Shown piece by piece: positions 1 through 12,879 of a stretch of DNA of 64,000 nucleotides; within the stretch, counting starts at the first letter, position 1, and every line of letters begins with the position of its first letter. The stretch is from NCBI GenBank assembly GCA_963707505.1, contig CAVPQB010000004.1, positions 1,056,001 to 1,120,000 on the forward strand, given 5' to 3'. This DNA comes from an uncultured Gemmatimonadales bacterium (lineage in GTDB: Bacteria; Gemmatimonadota; Gemmatimonadetes; Gemmatimonadales; Gemmatimonadaceae). The notes under the pieces are model-generated. The model was not told the DNA's origin. It ran no database searches and saw only the letters and a list, made by a program, of their open reading frames with translations. A program made the position numbers and the translations under genes.

Positions 1-800
1 TGACCAAGTATGCCGCCAACGGAATGCTGGCGACACGGATCAGCTTCATGAACGAGATCGCCGCGCTGTGCGAGGCGACCGGTGCAGACGTCGATGAGGT
101 TCGCCGAGGACTCGGTAGCGATACGCGCATCGGGCCAAGCTTTCTGTTCCCGGGGCCAGGATACGGCGGAAGCTGTTTCCCCAAGGACGTAAAAGCGCTC
201 GTGCGCACCGGTGCACAGTCCGGCGTCCCTCTCGAGATACTCAGCTCCGTCGATAGTTCCAACGAGCGTCAGAAGCGACGTCTTGGAGAGAAGGTGCGGC
301 GCGCATTATTGCCTCATCTGGTACATGAAGCGCATGACAGTAAAGTGTTATCAGGCAGCGACTTGCGTGATTCCGAGCACAATCAACTGCAGGGTGTTCG
401 CGTCGCTGTCTGGGGGCTATCGTTCAAGCCGGGAACGGACGACATGCGCGAAGCCCCTGCGCTCGTTCTGATCGAACAACTGCTTGGGTGGGGCGCAACG
501 GTCTGTGCGCACGATCCGGCAGCAATGGAAGAAGCTCGTCGCCGGATCGGCGATGGCGGCGGCAAGATCTGCTATGCAGAAACGGGGTATGATGCGCTGA
601 CCGGCGCTGACGCGCTGGTAATCGTTACGGATTGGAACGAATACCGGCATCCCGACTTCAACCGTCTGAAGGCTACTCTCAAACGGCCGATCGTGGTTGA
701 CGGTCGTAATCTGTATGATCCCAAAAAGATGTCCAACGTCGGAATCACTTACTACTCGATCGGACGCCGGCACAACGGCGCCCAGGAAACAACCGCGTGA
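1..800 (+). CDS. ugd: UDP-glucose/GDP-mannose dehydrogenase family protein (5'-truncated by window edge)
   Basis: Motifs TKYAAN..LATRISFMNE, GYGGSCFPKD, WGLSFKPGTDDMRE, VDGRN; the frame is open from the window start. Confidence 0.92.
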   Translation, partial: TKYAANGMLATRISFMNEIAALCEATGADVDEVRRGLGSDTRIGPSFLFPGPGYGGSCFPKDVKALVRTGAQSGVPLEILSSVDSSNERQKRRLGEKVRRALLPHLVHEAHDSKVLSGSDLRDSEHNQLQGVRVAVWGLSFKPGTDDMREAPALVLIEQLLGWGATVCAHDPAAMEEARRRIGDGGGKICYAETGYDALTGADALVIVTDWNEYRHPDFNRLKATLKRPIVVDGRNLYDPKKMSNVGITYYSIGRRHNGAQETTA

Positions 801-1579
801 ACCGTGCTCGCCGCTCGTTTGTAGTTCTCGGACCGCTTCTGGCGCTCGCCCTCGCAACGGCGTGCCACGGCAACTTCGATCCAAAGGTGTACGCAAGCAA
901 CCCCGAGTCGCTATTCGCAGCGTCGCTCAAACAGTTCAACTCGCATCACTACGATGACGCGGCCAAGGGGTTCGAGCAGCTGACGCACGACCTTCCTGCC
1001 CGCGACGCGTTGCTGCCGCTGTCGTACTACTACCTCGGCGAGTCTCAGGAAAAGAACGGCGATCATCTCCTGGCTGCACAGAGCTTCACTCGCATCTCGG
1101 ACGCGTTCCCGGACGACAGTCTCGCTCCGAAAGCGCTTCTCGCCGGCGGCCAATCCTACGCCAAGATGTGGCGCAAGCCGGAGCTCGATCCCACCTACGG
1201 TACGTCGGCGCTGAACACCTTCCAGTCGCTCGTGTCACTGTATCCGGATTCGCATCTCGTGCCGCAGGCGAACACGGAGATCGCCCGTCTGGACAACATG
1301 TTCGCGACCAAGGATCTGGACGTCGGCGACCACTACCTTCGGCGTGGTGCATACGATTCGGCGATCATCTACCTCAAGGACGTCATCAAGAAGCACCCCA
1401 CAGCCACCGCAACGCATAAGGCGTATCTCGACTTGCTGACCGCGTATCGCGCGATCAAGTATGACGCCGACGCGAAGGATCTGTGTACCGCGGCGGTCAA
1501 GGCCTACCCCAATGACAAGGAGGTTGCCAAGCAGTGCGGCTCGGCGTCTTCGGCGGAAGCTTCGACCCCCCGCACATAG
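797..1579 (+). CDS. bamD: Outer membrane protein assembly factor BamD (TPR lipoprotein)
   Basis: Lipobox LATAC, TPR-like helices, late segment VGDHYLRRGAYDSAIIY typical of BamD; GTGA overlap with ugd. Confidence 0.8.
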   Translation: MNRARRSFVVLGPLLALALATACHGNFDPKVYASNPESLFAASLKQFNSHHYDDAAKGFEQLTHDLPARDALLPLSYYYLGESQEKNGDHLLAAQSFTRISDAFPDDSLAPKALLAGGQSYAKMWRKPELDPTYGTSALNTFQSLVSLYPDSHLVPQANTEIARLDNMFATKDLDVGDHYLRRGAYDSAIIYLKDVIKKHPTATATHKAYLDLLTAYRAIKYDADAKDLCTAAVKAYPNDKEVAKQCGSASSAEASTPRT

Positions 1580-2072
1580 GGCATTATCTGGCGGCAGTGG
1601 ACGCCGCCGAGCGCCTGGGACTTGATCGCATGCTGTGGGTGCCGACCGCCCAGCAGCCGCTCAAGGCCGGAGCGCAGCATGTCGCTTCGGCGGATCAGCG
1701 CTTCAGAATGGTACAGGCAGCGGTTTCAGCGACCTCGATCTTCGAGGCAAGCAGGATCGAAATCGACCGGCCCGGGTTATCTTACACGGTTGCGACCGTA
1801 CAATCGCTTGTGGCTGAATTCCCGGGCGTGGAGCTGTATCTGCTCATAGGGGAAGATGCCTGGTCGCGCTTCGACGAATGGCGCGAGCCGGAGACTATTC
1901 GAACGCTCGTTCATATAGAGATTCTTGCGCGGAAGACGGAGAGTGAATTCGCCGGCCGCGTTGTTGAGGTTTCATCGACTGAGGTCCGTGCGCGGGCGCG
2001 TGCGGGGAAGTCGGTGCGCGGCTTCGTGCTGGACGCGGTCGCTGAGATCATCGAATCGGAAAGGTTGTATCA

Positions 2073-2079
<7 letters not shown>
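1534..2079 (+). CDS. nadD: Nicotinate-nucleotide adenylyltransferase
   Basis: [14 protein letters not shown] (HIGH motif), SYTVAT, LIGED, VSSTEVR. Confidence 0.92.
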
Positions 2080-5393
<3,314 letters not shown>

Positions 5394-5402
5394 GACCACC
5401 GC

Positions 5403-5430
5403 CGTCATTCCCGCGAAAGCGGGAATGACG
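5403..5430. repeat. Perfect 12-bp palindromic hairpin with GAAA loop (REP/dRS3-like element or terminator)
   Basis: CGTCATTCCCGC-GAAA-GCGGGAATGACG just after the secA stop; contains ATTCCC-N8-GGGAAT. Confidence 0.7.
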
Positions 5431-5556
5431 ATATTCGCCGAGCCCGCGTTTGACGGCGGTGCAAACTGCGTCGAAACAACACCGGCCGTTCGCGATTGCC
5501 CAATCGCGGCGGCCGGTGTTGCATGTATTCATGTGAGACCACACTTCGGAGCTCAC

Positions 5557-6246
5557 ATGGCCGCCATTTCAATTCGCGAAATTCCAGTAACCGAACGTCC
5601 GCGCGAGCGGCTCAAGCAACATGGTGCGCAGGCGCTGAGCGCGGTCGAGCTGGTTGCCATCCTCTTTGGCTCCGGAGGTGAAGGGCGGTCCGCGATAGAT
5701 CTCGCGCATGACGTTCTCGCCGCGTCGCAGGGCTCTCTGCGACGACTGTCATCGCGTCCCGTCGCGTCGCTCACGTCCGTCGCGGGCGTTGGACCTGCGC
5801 GCGCGATCACAGTTCACGCCGCGCTCGAGCTCGGCCGCCGAATGATGGCCGAGCAGCGGGAGCAGGGAAGGCCGATGCGCGAAGCCCGCGACGTGTACGA
5901 CGCGTACTCGCTTCGCATGCAGGATCTTCCAGTGGAAGAGTTTCACATAGCGACGCTCGACGCACAGCACCGGCTCGAGAACGACATCCTCGTCACACGT
6001 GGAATACTGAACTCGTCGCTTGTTCACGCACGTGAGGTGTTTCGCCAGGCGATCGCGGAAAACGCGTATGCGGTGATTCTCATCCACAATCATCCATCCG
6101 GCGACCCGACGCCGTCGCCGGAGGACCGTGTGGTCACCTCGCAGCTGGTATCGGCCGGCAAGCTGCTCGGCATCGACGTCCTGGATCATATCATCATCGG
6201 CAGGGGCCGGTTTACCAGCTTCGCCGAGAGCGGGATCCTCGTGTGA
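5557..6246 (+). CDS. radC: RadC/JAB-domain protein (UPF0758)
   Basis: ERPRERL N-terminus, HhH-like GVGPARA, JAB motif HNHPSGDPTPSPED, VLDHIII; ATG 5557 preceded by GGAG. Confidence 0.92.
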   Translation: MAAISIREIPVTERPRERLKQHGAQALSAVELVAILFGSGGEGRSAIDLAHDVLAASQGSLRRLSSRPVASLTSVAGVGPARAITVHAALELGRRMMAEQREQGRPMREARDVYDAYSLRMQDLPVEEFHIATLDAQHRLENDILVTRGILNSSLVHAREVFRQAIAENAYAVILIHNHPSGDPTPSPEDRVVTSQLVSAGKLLGIDVLDHIIIGRGRFTSFAESGILV

Positions 6247-6310
6247 GGAGGCGACGGACTCGCCGAGCCAACCATCTTTGTGATCGAAATATCCCTCCAG
6301 GCAGTTTTCC

Positions 6311-6326
6311 TGGCACGGTCATGGCG
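6311..6326 (+). promoter_or_regulatory. Possible sigma-54-type promoter of rel
   Basis: TGGCACGGTCATGGC: GG-N10-GC with a perfect TGGCACG -24 box but a non-consensus -12 box (TGGC). Confidence 0.3.
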
Positions 6327-6338
6327 TCATATTGAAAG

Positions 6339-8528
6339 ATGGCGGTCAGTGTCGCTAGGCCAGAGGTTGTGGCCGGGAGCGAGCTCATTCCCGGCTGGGA
6401 CTTCGTCGTCGATCCGCTTCCCGAGCGGATCGACGTGGAGCAGCTTCTGCGTGCCTACCGGTTCAGCGAGGATGCGCACCGGGGCCAGAAGCGGCGATCG
6501 GGAGAGGATTACGTACTCCACTGTGTCGCGGTCGCCAAGATCCTGGCGGGGCTCAACCTCGATACCACGACGGTCATCGCGGGTCTCGTCCACGATGTGA
6601 TCGAGGACACCCGCTTCACCCTCGCCGACATCGAGCTCGAGTTCGGCAAGGAAGTCGCGGCGATCGTGGATGGTCTCACCAAGATCGAGCACCTGCCGGC
6701 GCACGCGCCGCGCGACGCGCAGGTCGAGAACTATCGCAAACTGCTCCTGTCGATCGCAAAGGATGCACGCGTCATCATCATCAAGCTCGCCGACCGGCTG
6801 CACAACATGCGCACGCTTGAATCGCTTCCTGATGAGAAGCGCAAGCGAATTGCGCAGGAGACACGCGATCTCTACGCGCCGCTGGCGCACCGTTTCGGAA
6901 TGGCGCAGGTCCGCTGGGAGCTCGAGGATCTCGCGTTCAAGCATCTCGAGACGGATGCATATCGCCACCTTGCGCGTCTCGTTGCACAGAAACGCGCCGA
7001 GCGCGATGATCTCGTCGAGCGGATGCGGAAACCGCTCACGGCGGAAATGACGCGCGCCGGAATCAAGGAAGTCGAGATCACCGGGCGCCCGAAGCACCTC
7101 TGGTCCATCTACAAGAAGATGGTGAATCGCGACAAGCCTTATGAGGAGATCTATGATCTTCTCGCGATTCGCGTGCTGGTGAACAGTGTTCCTGATTGTT
7201 ACCACGCGCTCGGCGTCATCCACGACGGATGGACCCCTGTGCAGGAACGTATCAAGGATTACATCGCGCAGCCGAAGTCCAACGGATATCAGTCGCTGCA
7301 CACGACGGTATTCGGACCCGGCAGGCAATTGTTCGAGATCCAGATACGTACGCGGGAGATGCACCGCACCGCGGAATACGGTATCGCCGCTCACTGGCGC
7401 TTCAAGGAAAACGCGCGCAACTCGGACGAGCTGGACCGTCATCTCCAGTGGTTTCGTCAGGTGTTGGAGCTGCAGCTCGATGCCAAGACCCCGGACGAGT
7501 TTCTCGAGTTTCTCAAGCTCGATCTCTACCAGGACGAGATATTCGTATTCACACCGACTGGTGACGTGATCCAGCTTCCCAAGGGCGCGACGCCGATCGA
7601 CTTTGCGTTCGCAGTGCACACGGAAGTCGGACTGCACTGCAATGGCGCGCGCGTGAATGGCCGCATGGCGCCGCTCTCGCGCGAGCTCAAGAACTCCGAC
7701 ACCGTCGAGATAATCGCGTCGCCGTCCGCGCGTCCCAATCGCGACTGGCTTGCGCATGTGCGCACCGGGCGCGCTCGGCACCGCATAAAGCAGCGGCTCC
7801 GCATGGAGGAGCAGAAGGCGTCGATCAAGCTTGGTCGCGAGATGATCGACAAGGAGGCAAAGCGTCGCCGCGTGCTCCGTCCGACCGATGAGGAGCTCGA
7901 CACGGCGGCGAAGACGCTCAAGCTCAACGATCGTGGCCATCTCGTGAGCGCGGTTGGGCAGGGTGAGCTGAGTGGTCGCGACGTCATTCGCAGCCTGCAT
8001 CCGGAAATCGACACGGAGTTGGAACCGCCTCGGCCGAATCGGCTGGAGCGGTTGGTCGATCGCGTGCGCGGTACTGGTCGCGGTGTGCGGATTCAGGGCG
8101 CCGATGGGCTGCTCGTGCGCTACGCGCAATGTTGTCAACCGGTGCCCGGCGATCCGGTGTCAGGGTATGTGACGCGCGGACGCGGCGTCAGCATTCACCG
8201 CGCCGACTGTCCCAATCTCATGCTGCTGGACGACGAGCCGGAGCGCAGGCTCGAAATAGACTGGCAGGAGGTCCAGGGCGAGCGATTCCTCGTGCGGCTG
8301 GCAGTCGAGGCCAGCGACCGTCGCGGACTGTACGCAGACATCGCTACCGCTGTCAGCGAGACCAAGACCGATATCAGAAGCTTCGAGCTGCGCAGCGAGG
8401 ATGCGCGCGTGTTCGGCATGATAGAGGTCCAGGTCGAGAATCTCCCACATCTCCGCAAGACGCTGCGCGCAATCAGGCGCGTGAAGGGTGTCACAGAAGT
8501 GTCGCGGCGAGAGCAGACGGCGGAGTAG
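6339..8528 (+). CDS. rel: Bifunctional (p)ppGpp synthetase/hydrolase (RelA/SpoT)
   Basis: Intact HD (LVHDVIED), KLADRLHNMRTL, synthetase motifs KSNGYQSLHT and EIQIRT, TGS domain, CCQPVPGD, C-terminal ACT domain. Confidence 0.95.
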   Translation: MAVSVARPEVVAGSELIPGWDFVVDPLPERIDVEQLLRAYRFSEDAHRGQKRRSGEDYVLHCVAVAKILAGLNLDTTTVIAGLVHDVIEDTRFTLADIELEFGKEVAAIVDGLTKIEHLPAHAPRDAQVENYRKLLLSIAKDARVIIIKLADRLHNMRTLESLPDEKRKRIAQETRDLYAPLAHRFGMAQVRWELEDLAFKHLETDAYRHLARLVAQKRAERDDLVERMRKPLTAEMTRAGIKEVEITGRPKHLWSIYKKMVNRDKPYEEIYDLLAIRVLVNSVPDCYHALGVIHDGWTPVQERIKDYIAQPKSNGYQSLHTTVFGPGRQLFEIQIRTREMHRTAEYGIAAHWRFKENARNSDELDRHLQWFRQVLELQLDAKTPDEFLEFLKLDLYQDEIFVFTPTGDVIQLPKGATPIDFAFAVHTEVGLHCNGARVNGRMAPLSRELKNSDTVEIIASPSARPNRDWLAHVRTGRARHRIKQRLRMEEQKASIKLGREMIDKEAKRRRVLRPTDEELDTAAKTLKLNDRGHLVSAVGQGELSGRDVIRSLHPEIDTELEPPRPNRLERLVDRVRGTGRGVRIQGADGLLVRYAQCCQPVPGDPVSGYVTRGRGVSIHRADCPNLMLLDDEPERRLEIDWQEVQGERFLVRLAVEASDRRGLYADIATAVSETKTDIRSFELRSEDARVFGMIEVQVENLPHLRKTLRAIRRVKGVTEVSRREQTAE

Positions 8529-8559
8529 GTCGCGCCGTTCGCCGCGTATGAGCGCCGCA

Positions 8560-8576
8560 CGGGCATGGTGCGTGCT
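8560..8576 (+). promoter_or_regulatory. Putative sigma-54 (-24/-12) promoter of the trehalose operon
   Basis: CGGGCATGGTGCGTGCT: GG(8562-63)-N10-GC(8574-75). Confidence 0.45.
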
Positions 8577-8591
8577 CACGTGGGGATCTAG

Positions 8592-10082
8592 ATGCAATCC
8601 AAATTTCCCGTAGCTCTGGACCGGCCGCTCATACTGCTCTCCAACCGCGAGCCGTACGAGCACGTACACAAACCCAACGGGATCGAAGTGCGATTCCCCG
8701 CGGGCGGACTGGTCTCTGCGCTGGATCCGATTCTCCGCCGTACACACGGAACCTGGGTCGCGTGGGCATCCGGAAATGCCGATCGTACCGTTGCGGATGA
8801 CATCGGACGCGTGGCGGTTCCTCCCGGCGATCCATCATACACGCTGCGCCGGGTGTGGTTGTCGGAGAGCGACGTCGAGGGTTTTTATCTGGGCTTCGCC
8901 AACAGCGCGTTGTGGCCGTTGTGTCACCTCTTCGTGAGCAAGGTCGATATCCGGCGGAGTGATTGGGAGAGTTACGAGCGCGCGAACCGCATGTTCGCTG
9001 CAGCCGTGGTGCAGGAGGCGGAGCGTGTGGGCGGGGCACCGATGGTGTGGGTGCATGACTATCACTTTGCGCTCGCTCCGTCATTGATACGACCGCTGGT
9101 TCCGGATGCACTGATCCATCAATTCTGGCACATTCCGTTTCCTCCCCCGGATGTCTTTGGTATTCTGCCTGTCGGCGTTCAGGAGTCGCTGCTGCGTGGG
9201 CTGTTGGGAAATGATCTGATCGAGTTTCAGACGGATGGCTTCGCGTGGAATTTCATGGACTGTGTCGCGCGTGGACTGCCGGACGCACAGGTGAGCCTGG
9301 ATCAGAGTGTCATCCATCTTGATGGGCGACAGACGCGAGTCGGTGCATTTCCGATCAGCATCGATGTCGCGGAATGGCAGCGGCTGGCCGCGTTGCCACA
9401 CACAATGGATGTGTGCAGGACGCTTCGCCAGCGATACGCACCCGCAGACAGACAACTGGTCGTCAGCGTCGATCGAATGGATTACACCAAGGGAATCGAA
9501 AGACGACTGCGCGCGCTGGAACACATGTGGACGGATACGCCGGAACGCCGCGGGACCTTCACGATGCTGATCGTGGCGACGCCGTCGCGCACCGATATTC
9601 CGGCGTATGCCAGGCTGGAGCGCAATGTGCTCGAAGCGATAGAGCGGCTCAACGATGAATTTCGCACGCTCGACTGGACACCAATCGTGCTCGTGCACGA
9701 GAACGTCGACGCAGATCTGCTCGCCGCAGTGTATTGTGCGGCCGATGTGTGCGTGGTGTCGTCGCTTCAGGACGGAATGAACCTCGTGGCCAAGGAATTC
9801 ATCGCATGCAGAACCGATAGAAACGGTGTGCTGGTACTGAGCCGCTTCGCAGGTGCGTCGGATGAGCTGGGTGCGGCACTGCTGGTGAATCCATTTTTCA
9901 TCGACGCATTTGCGGATACGCTCGCCGTTGCTCTGGACATGCCGCGACACGAGCGTGTGGAGCGCATGACGGTGCTCAGGGACCGCGTTGCAAACGCGAC
10001 CATAGAGGACTGGCTGGAAGCGATACTCTCGGCTGCCGAGGCGACCGATCAGGCCGCGGAAGGCGGAGCCGCAGCCCTGTGA
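8592..10082 (+). CDS. otsA: Trehalose-6-phosphate synthase (GT20)
   Basis: SNREP, GGLVSAL, WVHDYH, FWHIPFP, VDRMDYTKGI, DGMNLVAKEF, LSRFAGA. Confidence 0.93.
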   Translation: MQSKFPVALDRPLILLSNREPYEHVHKPNGIEVRFPAGGLVSALDPILRRTHGTWVAWASGNADRTVADDIGRVAVPPGDPSYTLRRVWLSESDVEGFYLGFANSALWPLCHLFVSKVDIRRSDWESYERANRMFAAAVVQEAERVGGAPMVWVHDYHFALAPSLIRPLVPDALIHQFWHIPFPPPDVFGILPVGVQESLLRGLLGNDLIEFQTDGFAWNFMDCVARGLPDAQVSLDQSVIHLDGRQTRVGAFPISIDVAEWQRLAALPHTMDVCRTLRQRYAPADRQLVVSVDRMDYTKGIERRLRALEHMWTDTPERRGTFTMLIVATPSRTDIPAYARLERNVLEAIERLNDEFRTLDWTPIVLVHENVDADLLAAVYCAADVCVVSSLQDGMNLVAKEFIACRTDRNGVLVLSRFAGASDELGAALLVNPFFIDAFADTLAVALDMPRHERVERMTVLRDRVANATIEDWLEAILSAAEATDQAAEGGAAAL

Positions 10083-10086
10083 TTTT

Positions 10087-10875
10087 GTGAGGCGAGCGGA
10101 GCCGGACGAGATTGCACGGAGGCTCGGGGGAACACCACTCCTCATCCTGCTCGACATCGACGGAACTCTATGCGACATCGTCGAGCGCCCTGACGCGGCG
10201 AACATCCCGGGAACGGCGCGCGCCTCGCTACGCGCGCTGATCGCGGAGCGCGACCGCGGCGTGCATGTTGCGTTTGTAACTGGGCGGTCCGTCGCAGATG
10301 CGCGTCGCATGCTGGCGATCGACGGCGTGACGATTTACGGGAATCACGGAATGGAGCACCTGTCGGAGTCGGGAAACATTACGGGGCCGGAGGGGTGGGA
10401 AGATGCAGGGCTTGCGCTGCGCGAGTCCCGGCGGGATCTGGACACGGTCGTCACCCAGTTTCCCGGAACCAGTATCGAGGATAAACAGTTCAGCTTGACC
10501 CTGCACTTCCGCGAAATGGACATGGAGCTGCTTCCAGAGCTCGGCGCGCGTGTGGCCGCGATCGCGCGGACGCGCGGAGTCACGCTCGCGCCGGGCAAGT
10601 GTGTGATCAACATTCTGTCCAGCGCGAGTGTAACGAAGGGCGATGCTGTGCTCGAAATAGTTCGCGAGCTCGGCGGCGAGTCGCCGGACGCATCCATTCT
10701 GTTCGCCGGCGACGACGTGACCGATGAAGATGCCTTCCGCGCGTTGCGGTCGTATCCGCACGCGACAACGGTTCACGTTGGCGCGCCGGACGCGAAGACA
10801 CACGCGCGATTCTCCGTGAACAGTCCCCGTGAAATCCACGAGTTGTTGGAATTGCTTGCGGGGTCGAGATCATGA
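10087..10875 (+). CDS. otsB: Trehalose-6-phosphate phosphatase (HAD superfamily)
   Basis: LDIDGTL, VTGR, GNHGME, AGDDVTDEDAF; directly follows otsA. Confidence 0.9.
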   Translation: MRRAEPDEIARRLGGTPLLILLDIDGTLCDIVERPDAANIPGTARASLRALIAERDRGVHVAFVTGRSVADARRMLAIDGVTIYGNHGMEHLSESGNITGPEGWEDAGLALRESRRDLDTVVTQFPGTSIEDKQFSLTLHFREMDMELLPELGARVAAIARTRGVTLAPGKCVINILSSASVTKGDAVLEIVRELGGESPDASILFAGDDVTDEDAFRALRSYPHATTVHVGAPDAKTHARFSVNSPREIHELLELLAGSRS

Positions 10876-12791
10876 CTGCGACTTCGATGCCAGCGGTGGG
10901 ATCGTCCCCGAGCGGGACTTCCGATGCGAACGCCGGTGCGAACGCCGGTGCGACTTCGGCGAGCAACCAGGCGCCGGCAGCATGGTCTTCGGCTGCGACT
11001 TCTGCGTACCCGCCGATCTCAGCATATGCAGTGATTGGCGACATGCGCACTGCGGCGCTTGTCGGTCTCAATGGTTCGATAGATTGGTGTTGCCTGCCGG
11101 AGTTCCCGTCTCCGTCCACGTTCGCGGCGATTCTGGACCAGTCGCGCGGTGGTCGCTTTCAGATCGTGCCAGCTGGAACGCACACAAGCGAGCAGCGATA
11201 TCTTCCGGCAACCAACGTGCTGGTTACGGCCTTTCATGACAGTACCGGCACGCTCGAGCTGTGCGACTTCATGCCGGTGGGGCCGGAAGGACGGCGTCCG
11301 GGTTTCGCCGAGATCCATCGACAGGTGAAGTGCACGCGCGGTCAGATGGACATATCGATCTGCTTTTCCCCGCGATTCGATTACGCGATCAAGCCAGCGC
11401 ACATCATTCCGCGAAAGAACGGCCTGCTCGCTACTGACGACGACAACGAAGCAGCAGCACTCTCGGCGCCGCCCGATCTTTGGTGGCGCGTTGATGAGAT
11501 GGGTGCGACAGCGCAATTGCGGATGCGCGCCGGCGAGTCCGCGTGGTTCGTATTACGATACGACGACGACGAGGTGCTCCCGATCGCATCGTACAAGTCG
11601 GACGAGCGGTTGCAGCAGACCGTCGCGTTCTGGGATGGCTGGGTTGCGACACTCAAGTACGAGGGTACTCACCGCGCCGTGGTCGAGCGGTCGGCGCTCG
11701 CGCTCAAGTTGCTGTGTTACGAGCCGACCGGCGCGATCATCGCGGCGCCCACGACATCGCTTCCAGAAGAAATTGGCGGCGAGCGCAACTGGGACTATCG
11801 CTTCATCTGGCTCCGCGACGCGTCATTCACACTCGACGCGCTGCAGGGGCTTGGACAACACGAAGAGGCGAGCGCGTTCATGGCGTTCCTGCGCCGCATC
11901 ACGCGCAAGGCTACCAAGTCGCATCTTCAGATAATGTATGGAGTGGACGGCTCGCGCGATCTGCCGGAGCGAACGTTGCCGCACCTTTCGGGATATCGTA
12001 ACTCCGCGCCCGTGCGGGTAGGGAATGCCGCGGTGAACCAGTTGCAGCTTGACGTGTACGGCGAGATCCTGAATACCGCCTACCGATGGAGCCGTAGCGC
12101 GACGGTTGGCGAAGGTACGTGGTGGTCCCTCAGTCGGCTCGTTGACTGGATCGCGGTCCACTGGTGCGATCCCGACAGCGGGATATGGGAAGTGCGCGCG
12201 AGCGAAGAGCACTACGTGATGAGCAAGGTCATGTGCTGGGTCGCTCTCGACCGCGGTGTGAAGATGGCTCGCGAGTTCGAGCTGCCGTGCAACCTCGCGC
12301 GGTGGGAAGCTGCGCGCGACGCGGTGTGGGCTGAGGTGATGGAGCGAGGCTGGAGCGAGAAGCGCCAGAGCTTCGTGCAGTTCTACGGCACCGAAGCGCT
12401 GGACGCGGCCAATCTCATCATACCGATGGTTGGTTTTCTTCCGCCGGATCACGAGCGAGTGAAGGGAACGATAGCGGCGACGTTGCGCGATCTCACGAGC
12501 GACGACAAGGAGCTCGTGTACCGTTATCGCAACGACGACGGCCTGCCGGGCTCGGAGGGTGTCTTCTCGATCTGCACATTCTGGATGGCCCAGGCTCTCG
12601 TACTATCCGGTGACGCGGAGCAGGGCGAGCGCATCTTCTGCCGCATGCTGAAGCACGCGAATCACCTTGGGCTCTACAGCGAGGAGCTGGACCCCAAGAC
12701 CGGCGGATTCGCTGGTAATTTTCCGCAGGGTCTGACGCACATCGCGCTGATAAACTGCGCGCTGGCACTGGCGGATGTGGGTCGAGGGTAG
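10872..12791 (+). CDS. Glycoside hydrolase family 15 (trehalase/glucoamylase-like)
   Basis: AAPTTSLPEEIGGERNWDYRFIWLRD, QLQLDVYGE, GIWEVR, LYSEE, GNFPQGLTH. Confidence 0.92.
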   Translation: MTATSMPAVGSSPSGTSDANAGANAGATSASNQAPAAWSSAATSAYPPISAYAVIGDMRTAALVGLNGSIDWCCLPEFPSPSTFAAILDQSRGGRFQIVPAGTHTSEQRYLPATNVLVTAFHDSTGTLELCDFMPVGPEGRRPGFAEIHRQVKCTRGQMDISICFSPRFDYAIKPAHIIPRKNGLLATDDDNEAAALSAPPDLWWRVDEMGATAQLRMRAGESAWFVLRYDDDEVLPIASYKSDERLQQTVAFWDGWVATLKYEGTHRAVVERSALALKLLCYEPTGAIIAAPTTSLPEEIGGERNWDYRFIWLRDASFTLDALQGLGQHEEASAFMAFLRRITRKATKSHLQIMYGVDGSRDLPERTLPHLSGYRNSAPVRVGNAAVNQLQLDVYGEILNTAYRWSRSATVGEGTWWSLSRLVDWIAVHWCDPDSGIWEVRASEEHYVMSKVMCWVALDRGVKMAREFELPCNLARWEAARDAVWAEVMERGWSEKRQSFVQFYGTEALDAANLIIPMVGFLPPDHERVKGTIAATLRDLTSDDKELVYRYRNDDGLPGSEGVFSICTFWMAQALVLSGDAEQGERIFCRMLKHANHLGLYSEELDPKTGGFAGNFPQGLTHIALINCALALADVGRG

Positions 12792-12857
12792 AGATGTCCG
12801 GTTGTGCGAACCCGCGCTGACGATTGGCGTAATTTCGAACGCCCGTTCGGACACGAT

Positions 12858-12875
12858 CTTCGGTTAAATTTCGGT
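12858..12875. promoter_or_regulatory. Candidate DNA-damage (LexA-like) operator TTCG-N7-TTCG upstream of uvrB
   Basis: CTTCGGTTAAATTTCGGT, 16/18 identical to the site upstream of recA (54805-54822). Confidence 0.6.
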
Positions 12876-12879
12876 ACTC

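Noticed and set aside
6327..8138. Long antisense ORFs (603 aa opposite rel; similar ones opposite uvrB, lptD, recA, alaS)
   Set aside because: Expected shadow frames of GC-rich coding genes; no recognisable motifs
10925..10953. 12-bp tandem repeat (GCGAACGCCGGT) at the GH15 N-terminus
   Set aside because: Only about 2.5 copies encoding a low-complexity ANAG linker; not CRISPR-like
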